From an uncultured Gammaproteobacteria bacterium (GTDB lineage Bacteria; Patescibacteriota; Microgenomatia; UBA1406; HO2-37-13b), in the NCBI GenBank assembly GCA_964556475.1, contig CAZKVU010000002.1, positions 12,271 to 76,270 on the forward strand: a DNA stretch of 64,000 bases, read 5' to 3'. This document shows, piece after piece, positions 1 through 9,778 of the stretch (positions within the stretch are counted from its first letter, which is position 1; the number at the start of each line of letters is the position of its first letter). The notes under the pieces were generated by a model. It worked only from the letters and a program-made list of their open reading frames with translations. It searched no databases and was not told the DNA's origin. The position numbers were made by a program, and so were the translations under genes.

Positions 1-20
1 AAGCGCTCCAAAAACTCGCA

Positions 21-135
21 GGATTCAGTACAATATAGCGGATTACCGCTGAAGTTGGAGTACCAACTATAGCGAATTATCGCTGAAGTTGTAGTACCAA
101 CTATAGCGGATTACCGCTGAATCGAGTACAATATA
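21..135. repeat. 34-bp tandem repeat, three units (34-67, 68-101, 102-135) plus a partial unit at 21-33. Each unit carries a 5-4-5 inverted repeat (AGCGG-ATTA-CCGCT).
   Basis: Direct reading. Units 1 and 2 differ at 3 positions. Two of these are the paired positions of the inverted repeat (G41/C46 becomes A75/T80). The array may continue upstream of the window edge. Confidence 0.85.
127..132 (+). promoter_or_regulatory. Putative -10 element (TACAAT) 10 nt upstream of the secA ATG
   Basis: TACAAT at 127-132 with the ATG at 143 and no SD. The 12-mer AGTACAATATAA (125-136) recurs identically at 47203-47214 upstream of yvcK. Confidence 0.4.
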
Positions 136-142
136 AACCTCT

Positions 143-3025
143 ATGTTAGGATTTGTAAAAAATCTTTTTGATTATAACCAAAAGGAACTGAACAGAATAC
201 AGAAAATTGTTGATCAGATAAATCTTCTTGAGGATGATGTTCGTGACCTTAAAGACGCTGACTTTAAAAAGGAAACAGAGAAACTTAAGAAACAGGTTCA
301 GAGCGGAGAGAAAACATTAGATGAAATCCTCCCATGGGCTTATGCTCTCGTTCGAGAAGCATCTCGCAGAGTACTTGGTCTACGACACTACGATGTTCAG
401 CTTATTGCTGGTATTGCACTTCATGAAGGGAAAGTCGCAGAGCAGAAAACTGGTGAAGGTAAAACATTGTCAGCAACTGCGCCGCTTTATCTTAATGCCC
501 TTATGGGGCGTGGAGCTCACCTAGTAACTGTTAACGACTATTTAGCCCGTCGTGATGCCGGCTGGATGGGACAAGTATATGACTTCCTTGGTCTGACAGT
601 TTCGGCAATGATTTCTGAGAAGTCATTTAGCTTTGATGCTGAATATTTTGACGAAACCGCTTCTGATTGGAGATTAATTCATCTAAAACCACTCGAAAGC
701 AGAAAGGAAGCCTACCTTGCCGATATAACCTATGGTATTAATTCAGAATTTGGATTTGATTATCTTCGCGACAACATGGCAAAAGAGCCTGAAAATGTTG
801 TACAGCGTGATTTTTACTTTAGCATTATCGATGAGGTTGATTCAGTCCTTATTGATGAAGCCCGAACTCCGCATATTATTTCTGCGGCAATAGAGCAAGA
901 TGTCTCAAAATACTACGATTATGCGAAAAATGTTGAGCGATTAGATGATACAGATTATATTCTGGATGAGAAAACACGAACTGCACATTTAAATGATAAA
1001 GGAATTGAAAAACTGGAAAAAATGCTCGGATATTCAAATATTTATGAGCAAGATTATGAGGCTTTATACCATGTAGAAGCTGCGCTTAAGGCACGAACTT
1101 TATTTAAGAAAGATAAAGACTATATCGTTCGCAACAACGAAGTCATTATTGTCGATGAATTCACTGGTCGCTTATTAGAAGGCAGAAGATTTTCAGAGGG
1201 ATTGCATCAAGCCATCGAAGCCAAAGAGCGAGTCGAAATTAAACGAGAGTCAAAAACATTAGCAACCGTCTCTTTGCAGAATTACTTCAGAATGTATGAC
1301 AAGCTGGCAGGTATGACCGGAACAGCGTCCACAGAGGCAGAAGAATTTAATAAGATATATAAACTCGAAACGCTCGTAATCCCGACACATATTCAGGTTA
1401 CTCGTAAGGATCTTGCCGATCTTATTTACAAAACAGAAAGAGGCAAGTTTACTGCATTGGTAGATGAGATTGCACAAATACACGCAGAAGGTCGACCAGT
1501 GCTTGTTGGAACAAGCGCTATTGATAAAAACGAGCTTTTGTCACGTTTGCTTAAAAAGAAAGGTGTTACTCATGAAGTCCTTAATGCAAAAAATCATGAA
1601 CGAGAGGCACATATCATTGCAAATGCTGGAAAAAAAGGTGCAATTACAATTGCAACCAACATGGCTGGCCGTGGAGTTGATATTGTGCTTGGTGGTGAAA
1701 CGCCTAATAAATTCGAACGAAATACCGAGGATGATTCTGACAAAACGCGAAAGAAAATGGAGAAGGCGTACGAAGATGCCAAAAAGGAATGGCAGAAACA
1801 GCACGATGAAGTAGTAGCACTTGGAGGTTTGTATGTTATTGGTACAGAGCGTCATGAATCGCGACGTATCGATAATCAGCTAAGAGGTAGAGCAGGTCGT
1901 CAGGGTGATCCAGGCACAACCCGCTTCTTTGTTTCTCTTGAAGATGATATGATGCGTATTTTTGGAGGTGAGCAAGTTGCAAAGATGATGGATTTCTTCA
2001 AACTCCCTGAAGATCAACCGCTTGAGCACATGATGGTTTCTAAAGCATTGGAACAGGCTCAAACAAAAGTTGAGGGTCACAATTTTGATATTCGTAAGCA
2101 TTTGGTTGAATATGACGATGTTTTGAACAAGCAACGCGATATTTTGTACAAAATGCGTCAAGCGATATTGTTTGCAACCCCTGAGGATCCGAAACATCTT
2201 GAAGAAGAAATCGAACGAGCATTTTCAGAGCAAGTCGAGAATTTACTGAATATGTATGTTTTTGTTGAAGCCGAGCCAGATTTCGATAAATTTGCAGCAG
2301 AACTCGATGTTATTTTACCTGCTAGTGCTGACAAACTTATAGAAACAATACAATCTTCTGTCACAAGTCGTGAAGATGCAGCTGAAATGGCCCTGAAGAT
2401 GTTTAAAAAGCTTTATTCCGATCGTAGAAAGGAAGTTGGTAATGAGGTATGGACACAAGTTGTTAAATTTATCTTCTTAGATATTTCAGATAAGTTATGG
2501 ACAGATCATCTAACGGCAATTGAGGATTTACGCCAAGGTATTAACTTGCGTGGATATGCGCAGCTCGATCCATTGACAGAATATAAGAATGAAGCCTTTT
2601 CAATGTTTGAAAAATTGTTGAATGACATCAGCTTTGATTTTGTCCGTCGCATTTTCCAAATAAAAGTCACTGATGAACAAGCTGTAACGGAGCAGATGAA
2701 GGTTTCAGTTGCTGAAGATGCTGTGTACTCTGCTGCTGAACAAAAAAATTCGCTCAAAGAGCCGGAACCTGTTCGGATGTTAACACAACAGGAACCACAA
2801 TACATTGAAGATGCTGAGATTGTCAGAGAACCTGAACATGAAGAGCACAAGCATCATGAACATCACCATAATCACGATCATAGCCATTCCCATGATGAAA
2901 ATGATCAGCAACAATTCGGATTCAAAGTAACAGCTCCGGGCCAAACCGTCAAAAAACCAGATAGAAACGATCCATGCTGGTGTGGGAGCGGGAAGAAGTA
3001 TAAGAAATGTCATTATCCAAACTAG
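143..3025 (+). CDS. secA: Preprotein translocase ATPase SecA
   Basis: 960-aa ORF with a Walker A-like QKTGEGKTL and a DEAD-like IIDEVDSVLIDEARTP. The C-terminal CWCGSGKKYKKCH zinc-binding tail is typical of SecA. Confidence 0.95.
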   Translation: MLGFVKNLFDYNQKELNRIQKIVDQINLLEDDVRDLKDADFKKETEKLKKQVQSGEKTLDEILPWAYALVREASRRVLGLRHYDVQLIAGIALHEGKVAEQKTGEGKTLSATAPLYLNALMGRGAHLVTVNDYLARRDAGWMGQVYDFLGLTVSAMISEKSFSFDAEYFDETASDWRLIHLKPLESRKEAYLADITYGINSEFGFDYLRDNMAKEPENVVQRDFYFSIIDEVDSVLIDEARTPHIISAAIEQDVSKYYDYAKNVERLDDTDYILDEKTRTAHLNDKGIEKLEKMLGYSNIYEQDYEALYHVEAALKARTLFKKDKDYIVRNNEVIIVDEFTGRLLEGRRFSEGLHQAIEAKERVEIKRESKTLATVSLQNYFRMYDKLAGMTGTASTEAEEFNKIYKLETLVIPTHIQVTRKDLADLIYKTERGKFTALVDEIAQIHAEGRPVLVGTSAIDKNELLSRLLKKKGVTHEVLNAKNHEREAHIIANAGKKGAITIATNMAGRGVDIVLGGETPNKFERNTEDDSDKTRKKMEKAYEDAKKEWQKQHDEVVALGGLYVIGTERHESRRIDNQLRGRAGRQGDPGTTRFFVSLEDDMMRIFGGEQVAKMMDFFKLPEDQPLEHMMVSKALEQAQTKVEGHNFDIRKHLVEYDDVLNKQRDILYKMRQAILFATPEDPKHLEEEIERAFSEQVENLLNMYVFVEAEPDFDKFAAELDVILPASADKLIETIQSSVTSREDAAEMALKMFKKLYSDRRKEVGNEVWTQVVKFIFLDISDKLWTDHLTAIEDLRQGINLRGYAQLDPLTEYKNEAFSMFEKLLNDISFDFVRRIFQIKVTDEQAVTEQMKVSVAEDAVYSAAEQKNSLKEPEPVRMLTQQEPQYIEDAEIVREPEHEEHKHHEHHHNHDHSHSHDENDQQQFGFKVTAPGQTVKKPDRNDPCWCGSGKKYKKCHYPN

Positions 3026-3072
3026 AATGAATTTCTTGAACTTCGTATAAGAAATGTCATTATCCAAACTAG
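2998..3072. repeat. Perfect 28-bp direct duplication of the secA 3' end (2998-3025 and 3045-3072)
   Basis: GTATAAGAAATGTCATTATCCAAACTAG occurs twice, 47 bp apart. The second copy overlaps the stop codon of the convergent permease gene. Confidence 0.9.
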
Positions 3073-3866
3073 CTACTTGCGCTTGTATAGTGTTTGAGTG
3101 CAAAATTCCAGAAGATATGCGAGGCGAATAAAGCGACAATTGAGAACATCATACAAAAAATTATTTCGGATACATTTAGTTTCCCGAGCAATGCAAGCGT
3201 TGGGGGTGCGACAACGAACAAAAAAGGCACAAACAGCAAATAGATAGCGACCCCAAGACCACGAAAAACTCCAGGTGGATAGCGCAATAATCCGGTGATA
3301 TATCCCAGAAGATCCTTCATATTTGTCAGAATTGGATTCCACATGAGAAATGTCATAATAGTGAACCACAAACTATACAAAAGGATGAGAGATGAAATCG
3401 ACATAAGAGCAAAGACTGCGGCGTTGAGCAAGGTTATTTTAAAATGGAAATAATTGACGAAATAAACAATCAATCCAATTGATGCAACAAGCCTAGCGAA
3501 AGCCTGGAATCGGAATTCGGCCGTGCTGAGTAAGAACTGTGAATTAATCGGCTTCAGCAATATGCTATCAAGTTCACCTTTATAAATAATCTCTGCCATT
3601 CGACTCAAACCACCATAAAAAAAGACCTCAAGAAGTGCTCGCTCTAAATTAAATACAATAGTGAGAATGATCATTTCTCCTTGTGTCCACCCATACACAT
3701 TGTGAACCTTAAATGTCAGAAGAATAATAGTGACTAAATGGAGTCCGGTAAAAATCAAACCAGAAAACATTCCTGAGTAAAAATTACCAATATATGCTAC
3801 GAGATTTGCAAAGCTAGCTTTCACTTGCGCTCTGTATACATTGCCATAATTAACCCAGGTGTTCAT
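3069..3866 (-). CDS. ABC-2 type transporter permease (polytopic membrane protein)
   Basis: 265-aa hydrophobic ORF. It overlaps the next permease by 4 bp and lies in an operon with an ABC ATPase. Confidence 0.6.
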   Translation of the reverse strand: MNTWVNYGNVYRAQVKASFANLVAYIGNFYSGMFSGLIFTGLHLVTIILLTFKVHNVYGWTQGEMIILTIVFNLERALLEVFFYGGLSRMAEIIYKGELDSILLKPINSQFLLSTAEFRFQAFARLVASIGLIVYFVNYFHFKITLLNAAVFALMSISSLILLYSLWFTIMTFLMWNPILTNMKDLLGYITGLLRYPPGVFRGLGVAIYLLFVPFLFVVAPPTLALLGKLNVSEIIFCMMFSIVALFASHIFWNFALKHYTSASS

Positions 3867-4660
3867 TGTCCAACAGCGGTAAATTTCTTAACGCCCTGAC
3901 TCCAAGCTATTTTGTAAACGATGCCTAAGCCTACAAGCCAGATTAATTGCTGACAAATAACCGTAATCATTTCATCAGGTGATAACTTACCCATTAATGC
4001 TAAGGTCGGATAATAGGTGATCCACGGAAATGGCGTAAGACCAATCAATAACTGAAACGAATGTGGGAGTAGGTTTAATGGAATGATGTATCCACCATAT
4101 ATAAGACTCAGTATAAATCCCATGTCCATGATACCATCAATTTGAGTAATCCAGAAGGCGAGTAATCCAATGATCATTTTGAAGGTAAACGAAACAGCGA
4201 GTGCACCAGTAATAATAAGCGCAATTAGGGGCACTTTTTCTACTGAAGGCGAAAAGAAAGTTACATTTTTAAAAAACGCAATAAGAATAATCGCTGCTAC
4301 GATTCCAAACGAACCCTGGAGAATTCTATATGGCATTTCCTCGAAGAACATAAGCCAATAATATGAAAAAGGGCGAACAAGTTGACCCGAGAGATACCCA
4401 AGGCGAATATCATAAAATGAAATATGCTCCTCAATATGGATTACGAGAATATTACTTGCAAGCATTAAAACAAGATAATATGTTGTGAAGTCTGATTCAT
4501 TCCATGAACCTAACGATCCACCTGTATTTTGCAGTGCTCCATGCCAAAATAGAATCAATATTACCGGGTTTATGACGGTCATTAGGAACCATACGAATGA
4601 CCGCATTCGTTGCGCCAAAACACGCTGGAGATGTATGAGCAGTATGCGAATATACCTCAT
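3863..4660 (-). CDS. ABC-2 type transporter permease, second subunit
   Basis: 265-aa multi-TM ORF with 4-bp overlaps to both neighbours. Confidence 0.6.
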   Translation of the reverse strand: MRYIRILLIHLQRVLAQRMRSFVWFLMTVINPVILILFWHGALQNTGGSLGSWNESDFTTYYLVLMLASNILVIHIEEHISFYDIRLGYLSGQLVRPFSYYWLMFFEEMPYRILQGSFGIVAAIILIAFFKNVTFFSPSVEKVPLIALIITGALAVSFTFKMIIGLLAFWITQIDGIMDMGFILSLIYGGYIIPLNLLPHSFQLLIGLTPFPWITYYPTLALMGKLSPDEMITVICQQLIWLVGLGIVYKIAWSQGVKKFTAVGQ

Positions 4661-5640
4661 GACGACTTCATACTTTTAAAGAATGTTCGGACAACATCTT
4701 CAATATTTGGCTCTTCTATGTTTAAGTCATCCACGGGGAATTCTTGAAGTAATTTTGAGGCAATAATTTTTGCAGAGTCTTTAGGAACTGCGAGTACTAC
4801 TTTTTGTGGCTTATATTTTTTTACCTCACCAAGTTTTAACAATTGACTTTTCTCAACTTCCTTTGTGAAAACCACTGAAAGAAGTTTATTTTTTGTGTAT
4901 CGGGAGATGAGTTGCGAAAAGCTTCCATCGTAAATAATAGTTCCATGATCTATAACAATAACTCTTTTACATAAATCCCGAACATCAGCCATATAGTGAC
5001 TGGTTAGAATAATCGTTGCATTAAAGTTTTTATTATAATCGCGTACAAAATTTCTCACGTTATGCTGAACAACAACATCAAGACCTATTGTTGGCTCATC
5101 AAGGAATAAGATTTTTGGGGAATGAAGGAGTTGCCCAATGAGTTCACATTTCATTCGCTGTCCTAATGATAACTGTCTGACTTGAATATTCAGTACATCT
5201 TTAACATCAAGCATTTCAACAAGATTATCAAGCGTTCTTTTGAATAGTGCATCTGGAATTCTATATATCTCTTTGTTCAATAAATATGATTCATATGGAG
5301 GCAAATCCCACCACAACTGGTTTTTTTGACCCATAACAAGCGAGATTTTTCTGAGAAAATCATGATCTCGCTTTGAAGGAGTGTACCCAAGCACTTCAAT
5401 CTCGCCAGATGATGGATGAATAAGGCCAGATAAACATTTGAGCGTGGTTGTTTTGCCGGCACCATTTGGCCCAATAAAACCTATAAGTTCTCCCTCTTCT
5501 ATATCAAAAGAGATGTCGTGAACGGCTGTTTTGTTATAGTACTTTCGATGAACAACTGACTTAAGTGAGCCGATAAAGCCTGGCTGCTTTTCATAGACAC
5601 GAAAATGCTTAGTTAGATTGTGCACATGAATTGTGGACAT
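4657..5640 (-). CDS. ABC transporter ATP-binding protein
   Basis: Walker A GPNGAGKTT, signature LSLGQRMK and Walker B ILFLDEPT. A TAGAAT -10-like hexamer (rc of 5647-5652) sits 6 nt upstream of the ATG. Confidence 0.9.
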   Translation of the reverse strand: MSTIHVHNLTKHFRVYEKQPGFIGSLKSVVHRKYYNKTAVHDISFDIEEGELIGFIGPNGAGKTTTLKCLSGLIHPSSGEIEVLGYTPSKRDHDFLRKISLVMGQKNQLWWDLPPYESYLLNKEIYRIPDALFKRTLDNLVEMLDVKDVLNIQVRQLSLGQRMKCELIGQLLHSPKILFLDEPTIGLDVVVQHNVRNFVRDYNKNFNATIILTSHYMADVRDLCKRVIVIDHGTIIYDGSFSQLISRYTKNKLLSVVFTKEVEKSQLLKLGEVKKYKPQKVVLAVPKDSAKIIASKLLQEFPVDDLNIEEPNIEDVVRTFFKSMKSS

Positions 5641-5659
5641 GAATGTATTCTAGCAGAAT

Positions 5660-6901
5660 TTATTTCTCTAAAGCCTCTATTTCGAGAAGTCTATTATATT
5701 TAGATAGCCTATCAGATCGGGACATTGAGCCTGTTTTTATGAATTCAGCTCCACATGCATAGGCGAGATCTGCAATAAACGAGTCCTCAGTCTCACCGGA
5801 TCTATGCGATATTACGACTTTCCAACCTGCCTCCTGTGTTTTTTTAATGGCCTGCACTGTTTCTAATAATGACCCGATCTGGTTCACTTTTATCAAAACC
5901 GAATTTGATGCCAGTTTTTCTATACCTTGCTGGATTCGATGAATATTAGTGACATATAAATCATCACCAACAACCATGTGATGCGGTGTTACTTTTGCAG
6001 TAAATTCAGTAAATGCTGCCCAGTCGTCTTCATGAAAAGGATCCTCAAAAGACATAATGTTGTATCGCTCAATAAGACCCATATAGAAATTCATGAGTTC
6101 CTGTGGAGACCAATGCGCATTTTCCTTTTTCAGATCATATGAACCGTTTGTATAAAATTCAGAAGCAGCGACATCTGTAGCAAGATCAACAGCTTCGCGA
6201 GAATGTCCAGCATCACTGATCGCTTTTTCAAGATAGGAAAAGGCGTCGCTGTTTGAAGGGAGTACTGGAGCAAAACCACCTTCATCTCCAACAGAAATTG
6301 TAAACCCATCATTTTTTAGAATTGATTTCAAAGAATGAAAAATCTCAGAAGCTATACGAACACTCTCAGAAGGAATATTGTTTTTTGGTGAAATCATACA
6401 TTCCTGGAAGTCGAGCACCCAGTTGGCATGTGCTCCACCGTTTATCACGTTAACAAGCAGTCGTGGAAAATTGACATTTTTTTGAGAAAAGTATGAATCA
6501 TGAATAGCTTTCCATAGAGGAACATTTTGATAACAAGAAAGCGCTCGTGCTGCCGCTAAAGATACTGCAAGAACTGCATTTGCGCCGAGGTGTGATTTAT
6601 TTTCCGTACCATCAAGTTCCAGTAATTTATTATCAATAGCCTCAAGATTTTCAATGTCGTAGCCTTTCAATCCACTCTGTATCGTATCTCTTATATGACC
6701 AATTGCCATCAATACACCCTGACCATGATATTTGGCATTATCACCATCGCGGAGCTCAAGTGCCTCATGTGAGCCGGTTGATGCGCCAGATGGAACACTT
6801 GCGCCTCCTATCATGCCGTTTTCGAGCTTTACATACGCTTTAACAGTGGGATTCCCTCGTGAGTCTAGTACTTGCAGTGCATAAATGTCTGTTATTTTCA
6901 T
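5660..6901 (-). CDS. eno: Enolase (phosphopyruvate hydratase)
   Basis: N-terminus MKITDIYALQVLDSRGNPTV, the SHRSGETED motif, and 413 aa. Confidence 0.95.
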   Translation of the reverse strand: MKITDIYALQVLDSRGNPTVKAYVKLENGMIGGASVPSGASTGSHEALELRDGDNAKYHGQGVLMAIGHIRDTIQSGLKGYDIENLEAIDNKLLELDGTENKSHLGANAVLAVSLAAARALSCYQNVPLWKAIHDSYFSQKNVNFPRLLVNVINGGAHANWVLDFQECMISPKNNIPSESVRIASEIFHSLKSILKNDGFTISVGDEGGFAPVLPSNSDAFSYLEKAISDAGHSREAVDLATDVAASEFYTNGSYDLKKENAHWSPQELMNFYMGLIERYNIMSFEDPFHEDDWAAFTEFTAKVTPHHMVVGDDLYVTNIHRIQQGIEKLASNSVLIKVNQIGSLLETVQAIKKTQEAGWKVVISHRSGETEDSFIADLAYACGAEFIKTGSMSRSDRLSKYNRLLEIEALEK

Positions 6902-6907
6902 GATGAT

Positions 6908-7843
6908 TTAAAATAATCCTAACTGGTTTTTGTCCTTTTCTGGTTTATTTTTTTCAGGCTCCTTTTTCTGCTGAAAAGGATCAGCAAACAATCGCTGTTT
7001 AATACTTCTAAATTGATACTCATCGAAAAACTCCTTTAATTTTTCATTATAAGAGTTAAAACGAAAGTTTTCTAGGTCAATTTCAATATTAATGTCATGT
7101 TTAAGGAGGGCAAGCTTTTTGGACATGAGTGCATCATCTTTTCCATCAATCAGTTTCTTTTTGACTGATTCGTTTTCAACATCATCAATATGCGCATAGA
7201 GCTCCTCGACAGTTCCAAACTGATTTATTAGGTTCGCGGCAGTTTTTTGACCAATACCAGCAACACCCTTATAGTTATCAGATGGATCACCGGCAAGTGC
7301 CTTAAAATCTGCAATATATTGTGGTTCGATATTAAAACGTTTTTGTACGGCTTTATCGTCGTATACAAGTGGTTTAGCTCCACCATTTTGAGGGCTGATA
7401 ACAAGAGTGTGATGTTTTGTATCAACAAGCTGCAGGATATCTTTATCGCCGGTAAAAATCAGCTTTACAATATTGTTCTCTTTGAGCTCGGTAGCAATCG
7501 TTGCAATGAGATCATCCGCCTCAAAGCCATCGAGTTCAACATAGTGGATGCCAGCTGCCAGTAAATATTCACGAACCATGGGAAATTGCTTAATTAAGTC
7601 CTCTTCAACTTTTGGTCTATGCGATCTATATTCGGGGAATAACTCATCTCTAAATGTCTTGGCGGCTGTGTCAAAGCATATAATTACATGTGTTGCTTTA
7701 AATTCAGAAATAGCGGTATGGAGCATCGTTACAAAGCCATAGAGTGCATTAGTTGGTACTCCATCTTTCGTTTTAAACGCAGGAAGCGCATGGTAGGCTC
7801 GATGGATAATTGCATTTCCATCAACAATCAGGAGTGTATCCAT
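6908..7843 (-). CDS. Stand-alone 5'-3' exonuclease (FEN / Pol I N-terminal domain-like)
   Basis: LLIVDGNAIIHRAYHALP and an H3TH-like GIGQKTAANLI. At 311 aa there is no polymerase domain. Confidence 0.85.
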   Translation of the reverse strand: MDTLLIVDGNAIIHRAYHALPAFKTKDGVPTNALYGFVTMLHTAISEFKATHVIICFDTAAKTFRDELFPEYRSHRPKVEEDLIKQFPMVREYLLAAGIHYVELDGFEADDLIATIATELKENNIVKLIFTGDKDILQLVDTKHHTLVISPQNGGAKPLVYDDKAVQKRFNIEPQYIADFKALAGDPSDNYKGVAGIGQKTAANLINQFGTVEELYAHIDDVENESVKKKLIDGKDDALMSKKLALLKHDINIEIDLENFRFNSYNEKLKEFFDEYQFRSIKQRLFADPFQQKKEPEKNKPEKDKNQLGLF

Positions 7844-7855
7844 AGCAGAAGTATA

Positions 7856-9712
7856 CTAATTTTCAGTCTTTTTTTTGCCAACGATTTTCTCGAACTCATC
7901 ACCATCAATACTTTCTTTCTTCAGAAGCTCATCGGCAACATTATCAAGTGCTTTGCGATTTTTCTTAATGAGGGCAATAGCCTGAACATAGCATTCGTCA
8001 ATAATTCTTTTCACCTCGTTGTCTATTTTGCTCATTGTTGCTTCTGAAACAGGATTTTGTCCATAGTATGATTTACCCCATTCTGTAATATCTTGTGTCG
8101 GGCCAAAATTGATAGGGCCAAGGCTGCTCATTCCGTAATCAACAACCATACCTCGAGCAATTTGTGTTGCCTGATCAAAGTCATTAGAAGCGCCAGTCGT
8201 AACATCTCCAAAAACTACCTCCTCAGCAGCGCGTCCACCAAGCATAGAGGTTATCATATGCAAGAGTCTGGATTTAGTGTGATGTAAGCGATCCTGACTT
8301 GGTGGGATAAGCGTATGACCAAGCGACATACCACGTGAAACAATTGAAATGCGGTGTACTGGATCTGTGTCGCCTTGGAAATGAGTGACAATAGCATGAC
8401 CACCTTCGTGATAAGCAGTAATCTTTTTATCAAGATCGCTCTGTAGACGTTTCTTTTCAGGGCCAAGTTTAACTTTTGTAGCGGCCTCTTCGAGATCGTC
8501 CATTGAAATGCTATCCTTATCATGGCGGGCTGCTAAAATAGCAGCTTCATTAAGCATGTTTTCAATATCTGCTCCAGAGAAACCTACAGTACGGCGTGCG
8601 AGCTTTTCGAATGAGACTTCCTTTGCCATTGGCTTTCCTTGAGCATGAATTTTAAGAATTGCCTGTCTCCCTTCAAGATCTGGATAATCAACGATAACTC
8701 GTCGATCAAATCTTCCAGGTCTTAACAGAGCGGGGTCAAGCAAATCACCACGGTTTGTTGCAGCAATAACGATAACTTTATCGTTTGGCGCAAATCCATC
8801 CATCTCAACCAAAATTTGGTTAAGTGTTTGTTCTCGTTCATCATGAGCTGGCATTGCTCCAACAGATCGGGTTCTACCAATTGCGTCAACCTCATCAATA
8901 AAGATAATTGCTGGCGCACTCTTCTTAGCTGTTGCAAATAAGTCACGAACACGCGCTGCTCCAATTCCAACAAGCATTTCCATAAATTCTGATCCTGCAA
9001 TAGAAAAGAATGGAACATTACTTTCTCCAGCCACTGCTTTTGCCAAGAGTGTTTTACCAGTACCGGCTGGGCCAACAAGAATAACACCCTTCGGTGGTCG
9101 AGCACCTAATCTACTGTATTTTTTAGGATTTTTTAGGAAATCAACAATTTCCTCAAGTTCTTTTTTTGCTTCATCGACACCGGCAACATCTTTGAATGTT
9201 GTGCTAGACATTTTTTTCGTGTATCTCTTTGATTTAGCTTGACCGAATGAGAAAACAGAGTCTTGAGCGCCACGTGCTTGTCTAAAGATGAAAATAAAGA
9301 ATCCAATAATGAGAATTGTCGGTAGGATGCTATTAAGGAAGACAATAAACAGGGAGGTGTCGTCATTACTTTTAACATCGATAACTATTTTATCGGGATT
9401 TACCCCTGATTCTTGAAGAATTTTACGAAGACTATCTTCTGACTCCTTTTTTGCCTGAACTCGCGTGTCATTTTTATAGACAGCCGTTATGGTATTACCG
9501 GTTCGTTCAATTTTTTCAACCTTACCTGCCTTTATATCTTTAATAACCGAGCTGATTGATTTTTGATTTCCCGACATGAATTCTTCAGAGCCGGCAATAA
9601 TGGTCAAAATGAAGAAAATAACAAAAATAGCAATAAAAATCATTTTTATATCAATCTTGATCATTTTCATGCCATTTTCGACTGGTTTTTTTTGATTCGC
9701 CATAGAGATCAT
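7856..9712 (-). CDS. ftsH: ATP-dependent zinc metalloprotease FtsH
   Basis: TM N-terminus, AAA Walker A GPAGTGKT, Walker B IIFIDEVD and zinc motif HEGGH. The true start may be the second ATG (9703), because a TACAAT (rc of 9715-9720) lies only 2 nt from the first ATG. Confidence 0.93.
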   Translation of the reverse strand: MISMANQKKPVENGMKMIKIDIKMIFIAIFVIFFILTIIAGSEEFMSGNQKSISSVIKDIKAGKVEKIERTGNTITAVYKNDTRVQAKKESEDSLRKILQESGVNPDKIVIDVKSNDDTSLFIVFLNSILPTILIIGFFIFIFRQARGAQDSVFSFGQAKSKRYTKKMSSTTFKDVAGVDEAKKELEEIVDFLKNPKKYSRLGARPPKGVILVGPAGTGKTLLAKAVAGESNVPFFSIAGSEFMEMLVGIGAARVRDLFATAKKSAPAIIFIDEVDAIGRTRSVGAMPAHDEREQTLNQILVEMDGFAPNDKVIVIAATNRGDLLDPALLRPGRFDRRVIVDYPDLEGRQAILKIHAQGKPMAKEVSFEKLARRTVGFSGADIENMLNEAAILAARHDKDSISMDDLEEAATKVKLGPEKKRLQSDLDKKITAYHEGGHAIVTHFQGDTDPVHRISIVSRGMSLGHTLIPPSQDRLHHTKSRLLHMITSMLGGRAAEEVVFGDVTTGASNDFDQATQIARGMVVDYGMSSLGPINFGPTQDITEWGKSYYGQNPVSEATMSKIDNEVKRIIDECYVQAIALIKKNRKALDNVADELLKKESIDGDEFEKIVGKKKTEN

Positions 9713-9760
9713 ATATTGTAGCAGAAATTTACGCTTTGTGAAGCCTACGAAGACATTTAT

Positions 9761-9769
9761 TGATATAAT
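9761..9769 (+). promoter_or_regulatory. Extended -10 promoter element TGATATAAT, 9 nt upstream of the tsaC-tsaE ATG
   Basis: TG at 9761-9762, TATAAT at 9764-9769, ATG at 9779, and no SD between them. Confidence 0.55.
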
Positions 9770-9778
9770 AGAGTCACC

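Noticed and set aside
1259-2850. Numerous 60-120-aa ORFs are nested inside or antisense to secA, and similar ones occur inside other large genes on the track.
   Set aside because: They lie entirely within well-supported conserved CDSs, and they have low-complexity or hydrophobic nonsense composition and no independent start signals.
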